Positions 46,221 through 55,280 of a stretch of DNA of 64,000 nucleotides are shown in pieces (position 1 is the stretch's first letter; each line of letters begins with the position of its first letter). A program made the position numbers and the translations under genes. Source of the DNA: Candidatus Nanohaloarchaea archaeon (GTDB taxonomy: Archaea; Nanohalarchaeota; Nanosalinia; Nanosalinales; Nanosalinaceae); the NCBI GenBank assembly GCA_042218325.1, contig JBDGRE010000001.1, positions 100,356-164,355 on the forward strand. The letters run 5' to 3'. Under the pieces are notes generated by a model that had not been told where the DNA came from, did not search any database, and saw only the letters and a program-made list of their open reading frames with translations.

Positions 46221-49208
46221 ATGACAGCGATGCCCTACTTTCTCGCCAGGTCAGTGATCGCCATCTCCGCTCTGATGCTTATCGGCGGGGCCTCCGCGGC
46301 ATCGCTCAACATAGAGGACGGCGACACGGTCATATGGAACAACTCCGACAGCGCCTCTGAGCTGACGCTCGACTGGAGTTCTGATACCGGTCTTGAGAAA
46401 GTAACTATCCGACATGAGTCTGGTAAGGCCCGGAACGTGACCATGGATTCGTATGATGTAACGCGTGGGATGGAGGCTCTGGGCGAGTACGAAGTCTACG
46501 GATGGTACAGCAACGGGAATATGACGAACAGGACAAATTCTGATAGTTTCTTCTTCGCAGGGATCAGGCCTGAGATCCTGAACCCGGACGACCATGACAT
46601 CGGCTACAGGAACCATTTCATGGGAGATGAGTCGAAGGGCGAGCTCTTCAAGGGCGAACCGGTAAGGCTGAATCTAAACGTGAAGGGTCTGGACGGAATC
46701 GAATCTGTAACGGATTACGAGGGTATGGAGAGCCTTGTCTACCAGAAGTCGAACTTCGATTTACCTTTAGTGATACCAAGTTACAGTAATCGACCTCTGG
46801 ATGCTGCACCTTTCGAATGGGAGGATCCGAGCGCGCCGAAGGAACCGAATATACTTCTTCACCCATACGTGCCTGCAGATATAACAGGAGGGAACAAAGA
46901 GATAACTACAACTGTGGAGTATAGCGGGCCCTACGGTGGGTTCTCGGAAAAGGTTTCGACGGATGAAGAGGCTCTTTATGTTACCGGCGTGAGAACGCTC
47001 GGCAAGCAACCTGAAGAAGATATCACGGAATCTCAGATAGGAGAAATATCGCTGCGTATATACGTTGAATCCAAGCACCGTAAACTGATCTCGGAGGGCA
47101 TGTTTGAGGCCCGGCTGGAGGGAAAGAACGGGGAGACTGTAGGCAGGAACGAGGCCAACGTCGATTTCTCCTTGACAGATGTTTCGGGCGAAAAAGGCGT
47201 TTACAGGTTAGAACTGGAAAAATTGCCTGATAAAAAACCCGATAGCGCCGAGTTCGACTTCGAAATCCTGTACGAAGACCCGCTATACTCCGGTCAGCAA
47301 CCGGTCGAGATAGCCTCCTACAACGTTTTCTCTGATTTCGTCAGATTCAGAGGCTATGTCTGGGATTCCCAGAAGCAACCGGTTGGCAGCAGTTTCACAG
47401 TTGATGGTAGAAGCTTCTCGACTAACGGTAACGGTTTTTTCCAGCAGAAGTTTGTACCGGGTGAGTACGATTTCAATATCAGCTTCAAGAAGGGAGGTAA
47501 GACCGCGTCCGTGAATCTTCATGATGTCGAGATGCAATCTCAATACAAACCTGGTAAGACAAAGATAAGGTATGAGTACGTGAATAATCCTTCGGGGGTC
47601 AGGGTTCCCGGCGTCAAACCCATGGACCTTGTTTCTTTCGTGTTCCGTAAACCTTTCGAGCAGACCGGGAGCACCGTCACAATCGACTACTCGGTTTCTG
47701 GTTCTGATCCTACAGAGGTGAGTGTGTTCAGTTGTGATAACTGGGCTATTTCGGACTCAAGATGTCTCTCCAGCTGGAAGAAGGTGGAGAAAACATCGTT
47801 CAGCCCGGGAGGAGGGTGGTCGGTCAGGGCGCCTGCAGAGACATTCGAGGCTAACTATAACGGTAGGCAAAAAGAGATAATGCGTTCGGCTTACGTCATC
47901 GGGACCCGTTCCGGTCTCCGGCTTAACAGCAACTTGAGGCTGGAGGGAACAACCGGTGGCCGGATAGTCGCGGGCAGCGAGCTGTCTGTGAGCGGGCAGA
48001 TACTGGCCGCGGGAGGCAAACAGGTCTCCGGCGTGGATGTACAGGTCGCCATGAAGGACGGCGGCGAGACAGTAAAGACCCTGACGGGTAAGACGGATGA
48101 TTCGGGTTCTTTCACGGTTTCAGGTGACGTGCCGGAGGAACCCGGCAACTTCACCCTTGAGCTGACGGCCTCGAAGAAGCCTTACGACACCTTTACGACA
48201 GAGAAAGATGGTGAGGTCTGGGTCTACAGGGAGAAAGAGCTGGAGTTGCGGAAGAAGGACAGCGGTCGCTGGACGCTTGAACCCGGGAAGAAAAGCAGCA
48301 GGACCGTGGTGGTGGAGAACACCGGACAGGTCAATATCGAGGATATCCAGCTCTCCGTGGCCGGTACCCGGAACATCAATCAGGACTACGTATCGCTCGC
48401 GACCGCCACCCTCGGGAGTTTATCGCCCGGTGAATCAAAGGAGGCGGAAGTCGTGTTCGACCTCCCGGACACCTGTCCCGGTAGCGGCTGCCCCGAGCTC
48501 TCTTCGAGCATCGATCTCCGGGTCACAGGCAGCCATGGAACTGCGGCAACCCTCAACCTTGGCCCGAAGGTAAGCACCGGCAGCGAGACCGGTGAAGATA
48601 GCACGACGAGTGAGAAGACCTCCGAGCAGAAAAACAGATCGGATAACGGTATGAGCTTCTCCACTCCGGAGATCCCGGGCGCGAAGGCCACGGGCCAGTT
48701 TCTCGCCGCCCAGAGCACGGTCAACATCGCTCTCGGCCTCATGTTCATCTTCCTGATGGTGCTGGCTGGCGCCCTCAAGAACAAGGACGATGACGACAGG
48801 ACAGTCAGGAGGAACGTAGTAAGAGGTAGCAATGGCGGAGGGTCACGCCCCGGCGTCCAGCCGCCACGGGTGTCACCGGCGCACCACGACAGCGACTCCG
48901 CCCCCCTCGACGGGCCGAAGACGGTGGAAACCGGCGGCGAGGAAACCGAAACAGGAGAAGTAGAGGAGGAAGAAGACGAGGATGAACAGGCGGCCGGGGA
49001 AGAGACCGGTGGGGAAGCCAGCGGGAAAGGCAAGGTTGACAAGCTCGCGGAGTCACTTACCGGGGAAGCAGATGAAGAGCAGGAAGAGGATGGCGAGAAC
49101 GGTGAGAGCTCAAGCGGTGGAGGGGAGGTTTCAGTCGAGTGCGATATCTGCGGTGAGGAGTTCGACACCGAGGCTGGCGTCAAGATACACAAGCAGACGG
49201 CCCATTAA
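46221..49208 (+). CDS. 995-aa surface protein: multiple Ig/carboxypeptidase-regulatory-like domains, TM, acidic tail, C2H2 zinc finger
   Basis: Signal peptide; STNGNGFF and KTDDSGSF; VENTG; TM; terminal CDICGEEFDTEAGVKIHKQTAH. Confidence 0.85.
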   Translation: MTAMPYFLARSVIAISALMLIGGASAASLNIEDGDTVIWNNSDSASELTLDWSSDTGLEKVTIRHESGKARNVTMDSYDVTRGMEALGEYEVYGWYSNGNMTNRTNSDSFFFAGIRPEILNPDDHDIGYRNHFMGDESKGELFKGEPVRLNLNVKGLDGIESVTDYEGMESLVYQKSNFDLPLVIPSYSNRPLDAAPFEWEDPSAPKEPNILLHPYVPADITGGNKEITTTVEYSGPYGGFSEKVSTDEEALYVTGVRTLGKQPEEDITESQIGEISLRIYVESKHRKLISEGMFEARLEGKNGETVGRNEANVDFSLTDVSGEKGVYRLELEKLPDKKPDSAEFDFEILYEDPLYSGQQPVEIASYNVFSDFVRFRGYVWDSQKQPVGSSFTVDGRSFSTNGNGFFQQKFVPGEYDFNISFKKGGKTASVNLHDVEMQSQYKPGKTKIRYEYVNNPSGVRVPGVKPMDLVSFVFRKPFEQTGSTVTIDYSVSGSDPTEVSVFSCDNWAISDSRCLSSWKKVEKTSFSPGGGWSVRAPAETFEANYNGRQKEIMRSAYVIGTRSGLRLNSNLRLEGTTGGRIVAGSELSVSGQILAAGGKQVSGVDVQVAMKDGGETVKTLTGKTDDSGSFTVSGDVPEEPGNFTLELTASKKPYDTFTTEKDGEVWVYREKELELRKKDSGRWTLEPGKKSSRTVVVENTGQVNIEDIQLSVAGTRNINQDYVSLATATLGSLSPGESKEAEVVFDLPDTCPGSGCPELSSSIDLRVTGSHGTAATLNLGPKVSTGSETGEDSTTSEKTSEQKNRSDNGMSFSTPEIPGAKATGQFLAAQSTVNIALGLMFIFLMVLAGALKNKDDDDRTVRRNVVRGSNGGGSRPGVQPPRVSPAHHDSDSAPLDGPKTVETGGEETETGEVEEEEDEDEQAAGEETGGEASGKGKVDKLAESLTGEADEEQEEDGENGESSSGGGEVSVECDICGEEFDTEAGVKIHKQTAH

Positions 49209-49790
49209 CTACTGTTCTTCAAGTTTTTCTATCGCTTCCCGGTACCATGGCTCGGCTATCTCTCGCGCCTCTTCGCTCGAGATACGTTTGAACATCCAGT
49301 CGTACTTCTCCCGTACGTCCTGTTTCCGGAATACCTTTCCCGTGGCGTCGAGGAAGATATCCACGTTGCACTCGAAGAAGCTGAGGCTGTCCGCGTCCTT
49401 CAAGATGTCCTGTTCAGGGGTTCCGCCCTCCTCGTGTTTCCTTACGAGTTCCCGGACCTTTTCGACCAGTTCCCGGGGTGCGCCCGAGTCTTCGAGGAAA
49501 CTCGCGACTATCTCGGCGCTTCTCTCCTGGTGGCTCTCCAGCCTGTCGGGATCGGTAAAGTTTTTTTTCTCGTGTCGGTCTGCGTTATCGCTTTTATCTT
49601 CTTGCTGCCATCTCTCCGCGTGCTCCATGTCGTGGGCGTAACCCGCTATCTTCAATGCGTCGGTCGCGTCCGGTTCCAGCTGTTTTATCCAGTGCACTGT
49701 CCTGGCTAGATGCTCCAGGTGGTCGGGTCTCCCGGCTTTCCTGAACTCTTCGTCGACGAACTGTTTGACCTTTGAGAAGTAGCCGGTCAT
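49209..49790 (-). CDS. HD-domain protein (DUF4202-like)
   Basis: HL.RT..W, AHDME, H...SA, HE, DADSLSFF. Confidence 0.8.
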   Translation of the reverse strand: MTGYFSKVKQFVDEEFRKAGRPDHLEHLARTVHWIKQLEPDATDALKIAGYAHDMEHAERWQQEDKSDNADRHEKKNFTDPDRLESHQERSAEIVASFLEDSGAPRELVEKVRELVRKHEEGGTPEQDILKDADSLSFFECNVDIFLDATGKVFRKQDVREKYDWMFKRISSEEAREIAEPWYREAIEKLEEQ

Positions 49791-49794
49791 TCTA

Positions 49795-50577
49795 TCAGCG
49801 GGTGATGTTTTCCTTGAACTTCTTGAACCCGCGCTTCAGCTTGGGGAAGCTCGGCTCCTCGAATTGTACACCCTCGAGGTCGTGGGCAAGCCTCTGTATC
49901 TCGAGCGACGCGGGCGATAGAGGTTCGCGCTGGACGAGAGGAGCTCCTTCGAAAAGGCTGCGCTTCATCTCCACGTCGTAGGGTATGGTCGCCATTATGT
50001 GTGATTCGGTCATCATCTCGACCTCCCTGTCGATAAGCTCCATCTCCGGGTCGCCCTCGGACATGTTGATAACTGTTCCGAGGACCGGCACGCGGAGCTG
50101 TTTCGCCTTCTGGATTATCTGCGCCGCGTTGGTGCCCGCGGTCTGGGTCGGCATGGTGATGATAATCAGTTCGTCGCACGCCTCCATGATGTTCTCCACC
50201 GTCGAGTTCAGGCCTGGCGGGCAGTCAACTATCACGTAGTCCGAGACCTCGCGGGCGTGCTCCAGCACCGGCTGTATCTGCGCAGTATCGGGTTCTGTCT
50301 GGCTTATCTCGTTAGACGCCACTATGGCCTTGATGCCTGCCGGATGCCGGAATATCGCGGAAGACGGGTGATCGTCGCCGTGCAGCACGTCCTGTATCTT
50401 CACAGGATGGTCGTACCGGCCCAGGTGCACCCCGAGATTGGATGCGGAGAAATCCGCGTCAACGACCGTTACCTCCTTGCCGAGTTGCTTCAGGCTGATC
50501 CCGAGGTTGACCGTCAGGCTGGTCTTGCCGACCCCGCCTTTCCCAGAAATCATGCCTATAACCCGTCCTTCGGTCAT
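49795..50577 (-). CDS. minD: MinD/ParA-family ATPase
   Basis: Deviant Walker A SGKGGVGKT, VDAD, IVDCPPG. Confidence 0.85.
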   Translation of the reverse strand: MTEGRVIGMISGKGGVGKTSLTVNLGISLKQLGKEVTVVDADFSASNLGVHLGRYDHPVKIQDVLHGDDHPSSAIFRHPAGIKAIVASNEISQTEPDTAQIQPVLEHAREVSDYVIVDCPPGLNSTVENIMEACDELIIITMPTQTAGTNAAQIIQKAKQLRVPVLGTVINMSEGDPEMELIDREVEMMTESHIMATIPYDVEMKRSLFEGAPLVQREPLSPASLEIQRLAHDLEGVQFEEPSFPKLKRGFKKFKENITR

Positions 50578-50662
50578 GAACAGACAAGAATTTCGCTCAG
50601 ATGTTAATAAACCTGATGAGATGAACATTTGTTAAGCAAAGGTGGTTTAAAGTTTTCACTCC

Positions 50663-51088
50663 ATGAGAGTGATTATGAACTGGTTCTGGACTGCGGCGGT
50701 AGCACTCATCGTCGTGGCAGTTGCTCTTGTGGCGTTCCCGGGCAGCAGTTCAGGTATAACCTTCACGGACCTGGAGACAGAGTGCAGGTATGACCGTGTC
50801 GAGTCCGCTGATTTCACGCTCGAGGACCGGAGACTGGTTTTCGAGGGCATGTTCCCGGTCGACAACACGGACGTAAAACTGAGCCACGGGTACAGCAAGA
50901 GCAGCGACAAGATAGTGCTGAACGTGAAGTCATCGAAGATGGAGCAGCCGCGTTCCTTCGTGAACGAGTGTCTGGGGATGGTCATCTATGATGCACGGAC
51001 CCGCGAGCTTTCGCCGGGTTCCTATGATGTGCGGCTGAAGCACAACGGTGACCTCCAGAAGCGGCAGGTCATCCGGGTAACCCGGTAG
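50663..51088 (+). CDS. Membrane-anchored hypothetical protein
   Basis: N-terminal TM, 2 Cys, LSPGSYDV; start may be 50675. Confidence 0.7.
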   Translation: MRVIMNWFWTAAVALIVVAVALVAFPGSSSGITFTDLETECRYDRVESADFTLEDRRLVFEGMFPVDNTDVKLSHGYSKSSDKIVLNVKSSKMEQPRSFVNECLGMVIYDARTRELSPGSYDVRLKHNGDLQKRQVIRVTR

Positions 51089-51205
51089 CTACAGCACGTT
51101 CTGCATCTCGAGGTACGTCACGAGTAACGAAAGAAGATAGATAAAGGCTACTGTGCCGGCGATGACTTTCTGCTTCCGGTCCAGCCTTGAAATCCTCTCA
51201 AGCAT
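51089..51205 (-). CDS. Small single-TM protein (38 aa, not in ORF track)
   Basis: MLERISRLDRKQKVIAGTVAFIYLLSLLVTYLEMQNVL; starts 9 bp after the ppsA stop and fills the gap exactly. Confidence 0.6.
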   Translation of the reverse strand: MLERISRLDRKQKVIAGTVAFIYLLSLLVTYLEMQNVL

Positions 51206-51214
51206 ACTTCCGTC

Positions 51215-53719
51215 CTACTTGAGACGGTAGCTTACCGCACCGCCCTTGTTTTCGACCTTTACCTTTCCCTCTCTTGCGAGCCAGCCGAGCGACTGGTGGA
51301 GTGTCTGCGCATCTATCGCGTCCTCGGTGTGCTTCAGAAGTTTCTCCGCGGTCGCCACGCCGTGCTCCTCCAGGATGCTGTAGATCTTGCCCGCGGGGCC
51401 TCCTATCATGCTCTCGTGGTCGAACTCCATGCTGCCTTCAGCCGAGTTATCCTCTGCCTCCGATACCTTGACTATCGTCTCGAGTGCGACGTCCGGTGAG
51501 ACCGATATCGCGTCGATACCTGCCTCCACGAGGAAGTCAGCGTAGCCCTCGTGAGTCGACGGTGCGTCGCCGCAGATGCCGACGTGTGCGTCTTTGGCGT
51601 GAGCCTGGCTGATGAGTCTTCTTATCGACTCCTTGACCGCAGGGTCACGCTCGTCGAACAGCTCCTTCAGCTTGTCGCTGTTCCGGTCGACCCCGAGGGT
51701 CAGCTGCGTCAGGTCGTTCGTGCCGACAGAGAAACCGTCGAACACGTCCGCGAACTCGCCTGCACGGATGATGTTCGCGGGGATCTCGGCCATGACGTAT
51801 ACATCGATGTCTCCTTCGTCGAGGCCGTACTCTTTCATCTTCGCACGCACGTTCTTGCCCTCCTCGACTGTCCGGCAGAACGGCACCATTATCGTAAGGT
51901 TGTCGAGCTCGAGCTCGTCGATGCACCGCCGCAAGGCCTGGCATTCCAGTTCGAAAGCCCTCGAGAACTGCTCGTCGTAGTAACGCGAGGCCCCGCGGAA
52001 CCCGAGCATAGGGTTCGCTTCATCTGGTTCGTACTCCTCGCCACCCTTCAGCTCCGCGTACTCGTCAGACTTGAAGTCCGATAGGCGGACGACGACCTGG
52101 TCGGGGTAGAACGCGGCACCGATCTTCCCGATACCGCTCCTCAAAGCTTCCACGTACTCTTCTTCCCGGTCATCTTCTATCAGCTTGAGCGGGTGCTCGC
52201 CCACGTGAGACGAGATTATGAACTCTTCACGGGCCAGTCCGACCCCCTCGACAGGGAGCTGTGCGACGTGGAAGACCTCGCTCGGCTCCCCGATGTTCAC
52301 CTGTACGTCAGTATCTGTTTCCGGTATCTCGTCGAGGTGATGTTCCTCGACCTCGAACTCCAGCTCGCCGTCCCATATCTTGCCAGTCGAGCTGCTGCAG
52401 TCCACGGTTACCTCCTGCTGGTCGTCCAGCTGTGACGTTGCATTTTCGGTTCCGATGACCGCCGGTACGCCGAGTTCACGGGAGACGATGGCCGCGTGAG
52501 AGGTGCGTCCGCCCTTGTTGGTTATTATCGCGCCCGCCTTCTTCATGATCGGTTCCCAGTCAGGGTCGGTCATGTCCGTTACGAGGACTTCTCCCTCCTC
52601 GAACTGGTCGATCTCCTTCGGGGACTCCAGTATGTGGGCCTTGCCAGCACCGATCTTCGAGCCGATGGCGCCTCCTTCAAGCACGACCTCGGATTCTTCT
52701 TTCATCCTGTGGTCCTTGATGACGTTCTCTTCCTCCTCCGCGTGCACAGTTTCCGGGCGGGCCTGGACGATGTAAAGCTCCCGTGTCTGGCCGTCATACA
52801 CCCACTCGATATCCATGTGCTTGCCGTAGTGGTCCTCGATACGTTCACCGTAGCGGGCGAGTTCCTTCACCTGGTTGTCGGTGATTGAGAACTTCTCCCG
52901 TTCATCCTTCGGTACCTTCTCCTTCTCGTTGTCTTCATCGCCCGAACCCCGCACCAGTTTTACCTCCTTGTCGCCGAGCTCCTTCTCTATTATGCCGAGG
53001 TTCTTCTTGAATACCGTGAACTCGTCCGGGTTGACCTCCCCCGCGACCACTAGGTCGCCGAGGCCGTACGCTGAGTTGATTGTTATGACCTCCTCGAAAC
53101 CGGAGTCCGGGTCGATAGTGAACATGACTCCTGCCGCACCAGTGTCGGAGCGGCCCATCTTCTGGATGACCGCGCTCAGCTTGACGTCGAAGTGGGAGAA
53201 GCCCTTGTCCTCCCGGTAGCTGATGGCGCGGTTGGTGAAGAGCGACGCGAAGCAATCCTTGATACGTTTTATCAGGTCCTGTTTGCCGGAGACGTTGAGG
53301 TAAGTATCTTGTTGACCGGCGAACGATGCACCGGGAAGGTCCTCCGCGGTCGCCGATGAGCGGACAGCGACCTCCGGGTTCTCGACGCCTATCTGCTCGC
53401 CGAGCTCCTCGTAGGCATCCATGAAAGCGTTTCGAAGGTCCTCTGGCATGTCGGCCTCCTGTATATGGGAGCGGATCTGCTTGCCGCGCCTCTGCAGGTC
53501 CTTCACGTCTTCAGTATCAAGGCCGTCCAGCAAGGTTTCTATCTTGTCCTTAAGGTCTGTCTCCTCTATGAAGTGATCGTACGCGCTGGCCGTGGTCGCG
53601 AAACCTGGTAGAACCGGTACGTCTATCTCGTTGTTGAGTTCGCCGAGGTTGGCGCTTTTTCCACCTACACGGTCAGTGTCGCTCGAGTCTATCTCGTCGA
53701 ACCAGAGAACCTTCTCCAT
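51215..53719 (-). CDS. ppsA: Phosphoenolpyruvate synthase with C-terminal winged-helix fusion
   Basis: VGGKSANLGE, VRSSATAED, DIEW, QARPET, GGRTSHAAI (phospho-His), GTNDLTQ, GICG; tail AGKIY..L...LGWLAREGKV. Confidence 0.96.
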   Translation of the reverse strand: MEKVLWFDEIDSSDTDRVGGKSANLGELNNEIDVPVLPGFATTASAYDHFIEETDLKDKIETLLDGLDTEDVKDLQRRGKQIRSHIQEADMPEDLRNAFMDAYEELGEQIGVENPEVAVRSSATAEDLPGASFAGQQDTYLNVSGKQDLIKRIKDCFASLFTNRAISYREDKGFSHFDVKLSAVIQKMGRSDTGAAGVMFTIDPDSGFEEVITINSAYGLGDLVVAGEVNPDEFTVFKKNLGIIEKELGDKEVKLVRGSGDEDNEKEKVPKDEREKFSITDNQVKELARYGERIEDHYGKHMDIEWVYDGQTRELYIVQARPETVHAEEEENVIKDHRMKEESEVVLEGGAIGSKIGAGKAHILESPKEIDQFEEGEVLVTDMTDPDWEPIMKKAGAIITNKGGRTSHAAIVSRELGVPAVIGTENATSQLDDQQEVTVDCSSSTGKIWDGELEFEVEEHHLDEIPETDTDVQVNIGEPSEVFHVAQLPVEGVGLAREEFIISSHVGEHPLKLIEDDREEEYVEALRSGIGKIGAAFYPDQVVVRLSDFKSDEYAELKGGEEYEPDEANPMLGFRGASRYYDEQFSRAFELECQALRRCIDELELDNLTIMVPFCRTVEEGKNVRAKMKEYGLDEGDIDVYVMAEIPANIIRAGEFADVFDGFSVGTNDLTQLTLGVDRNSDKLKELFDERDPAVKESIRRLISQAHAKDAHVGICGDAPSTHEGYADFLVEAGIDAISVSPDVALETIVKVSEAEDNSAEGSMEFDHESMIGGPAGKIYSILEEHGVATAEKLLKHTEDAIDAQTLHQSLGWLAREGKVKVENKGGAVSYRLK

Positions 53720-53948
53720 ACCTCAGGTTTCCCGCCGGGAGGATTTAAAAGGCGCGTTGTGAGGTGGAAGTGAATAGGTCTCCGGTTTGCCTCCATCAGG
53801 ATGAATAACTTTTTCTGCTACAACGGCTGATGCGGCCTGATGCTTTGGCACGAACCTTTCGCATCCCGGGGTTAAGCTGTTCCAGGAAGCCCGCAGAGCT
53901 TTGTTCCCAGAGGCAAGATGATTTTAACCCGTCTCCGTAAACTTTAAT

Positions 53949-54365
53949 GTGAAAAACAGAAGAGGACAGGCGGCGATAGAGTACATGACTGTGTTCGGTA
54001 TCGCGCTGCTGCTTTCCACACCGTTCATAATGCGGGCCCAGAGTTCCATCATGGATCTGAAGACCGGTTCGGAGATAATAGAGATGAGGGACTCGCTGAG
54101 CAAGATCGAGACGTCTGTCCAGACGGTGGGTGCGGCTGGCGAACCTGCGAGAAGGACGTTTCACGTTGAAATCCCGAGGTCAGTAGTGTCGTCAAGGATA
54201 GAAAACGATACCGTCGTATTTATACTGAGAGGCCCGGCCGGCAACTCGGATATGTCGAGGTCGTTTGAGACGAATGTAACCGGGACGCTTCCTGATACGC
54301 CGGGAATACACCGCCTTACTGTTTACGCTGAGAACGGAGCGGTGTATATAGAGGTGGTTGGATGA
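53949..54365 (+). CDS. Minor type IV pilin-like protein
   Basis: Class III signal RRG|QAAIEY followed by a hydrophobic helix. Confidence 0.85.
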   Translation: MKNRRGQAAIEYMTVFGIALLLSTPFIMRAQSSIMDLKTGSEIIEMRDSLSKIETSVQTVGAAGEPARRTFHVEIPRSVVSSRIENDTVVFILRGPAGNSDMSRSFETNVTGTLPDTPGIHRLTVYAENGAVYIEVVG

Positions 54366-54766
54366 GTTCCCAGGGGCAGAGCTCACTGGAGTTCCTCGCT
54401 TTCGTTTCGATGTCGGCGCTTCTGCTGGCTGCTCTTTACGGTGTTATGTCTACCAAGCAGACCGAAGCCTTCAGGCAGCAGAACACCGAGAAGGCGCAGA
54501 GGATAGCTGAACAGGTATCTTTCCAGGTCGAGCTTGCACTTATCCACGGTGACGGTTACTCGAGAGTATTCCCGGTCCCGTCCAGGATTGGAGGCAGCAG
54601 CTACACAGTGGAACTGTTCAATGGTACTTCCCGGGTTAGCTGGGCCAACCAGACTGTTCTCCAGCCTTCACGCTACGAGAGCGAGGAGATAAACATCACC
54701 ACACGGTCCGGGAACGTGTTCAGGGTGGTGAACCAGGACAGCGAGGTGACCTTCGTTGCCGAGTAA
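54362..54766 (+). CDS. Minor type IV pilin-like protein
   Basis: QG|QSSLEF class III signal; GDGYS motif. Confidence 0.8.
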   Translation: MSSQGQSSLEFLAFVSMSALLLAALYGVMSTKQTEAFRQQNTEKAQRIAEQVSFQVELALIHGDGYSRVFPVPSRIGGSSYTVELFNGTSRVSWANQTVLQPSRYESEEINITTRSGNVFRVVNQDSEVTFVAE

Positions 54767-55280
54767 GCTGGATGAGCGCCTGAGCACCGGCCAGACGTTT
54801 ATGCCTGACTACTTCGCAAGTATAGTGGTTTTCACTTTCCTGCTGATGATGTTTCTTTCAACCTGGAGCGCCGTGCTTGATAGCCAGTCATCTTTCGATG
54901 GTGCGGAGGCGATGAGGTTCAGGGCCCGCCACACAACATCCTTCCTGGTTTCAATGCCGGGATATCCGGAGAAATGGGAGAAACCTGGCGTGGATGTCAG
55001 GATACCAGGGTTCGCGTCGACGGACCACGTTCTCCAGGAGTCGAAGCTTGAAGCCTTCAGGGATCTGAGCTACCGGGAGCAGAGCGAGATACTGCTTGCA
55101 CGCGAGTTCTACATGAGTGTCAGGAACTCCACGGGTGTTATGCGGCTCAATGGGAAGCCTCTCGAGTTCGGCAAAAACTACTCTGGTGGCCGGACCGTCG
55201 TACCCATCACGCGCTCAGTTATGGTAAATCTTTCCGGAAACATGAGAACTGCGAAGCTGAGGTACGTGGTATGGAGATAG
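54756..55280 (+). CDS. Minor pilin-like protein
   Basis: TG|QTFMPDY plus hydrophobic helix; LVSMPGYPEKW; ends YVVWR. Confidence 0.75.
   Translation: MPSKLDERLSTGQTFMPDYFASIVVFTFLLMMFLSTWSAVLDSQSSFDGAEAMRFRARHTTSFLVSMPGYPEKWEKPGVDVRIPGFASTDHVLQESKLEAFRDLSYREQSEILLAREFYMSVRNSTGVMRLNGKPLEFGKNYSGGRTVVPITRSVMVNLSGNMRTAKLRYVVWR

Noticed and set aside
53770-53920. Possible C/D sRNA (AGGATGA...CTGA...CTGA) between ppsA and the pilins
   Set aside because: Box spacing is wrong and there is no C' box or terminal stem
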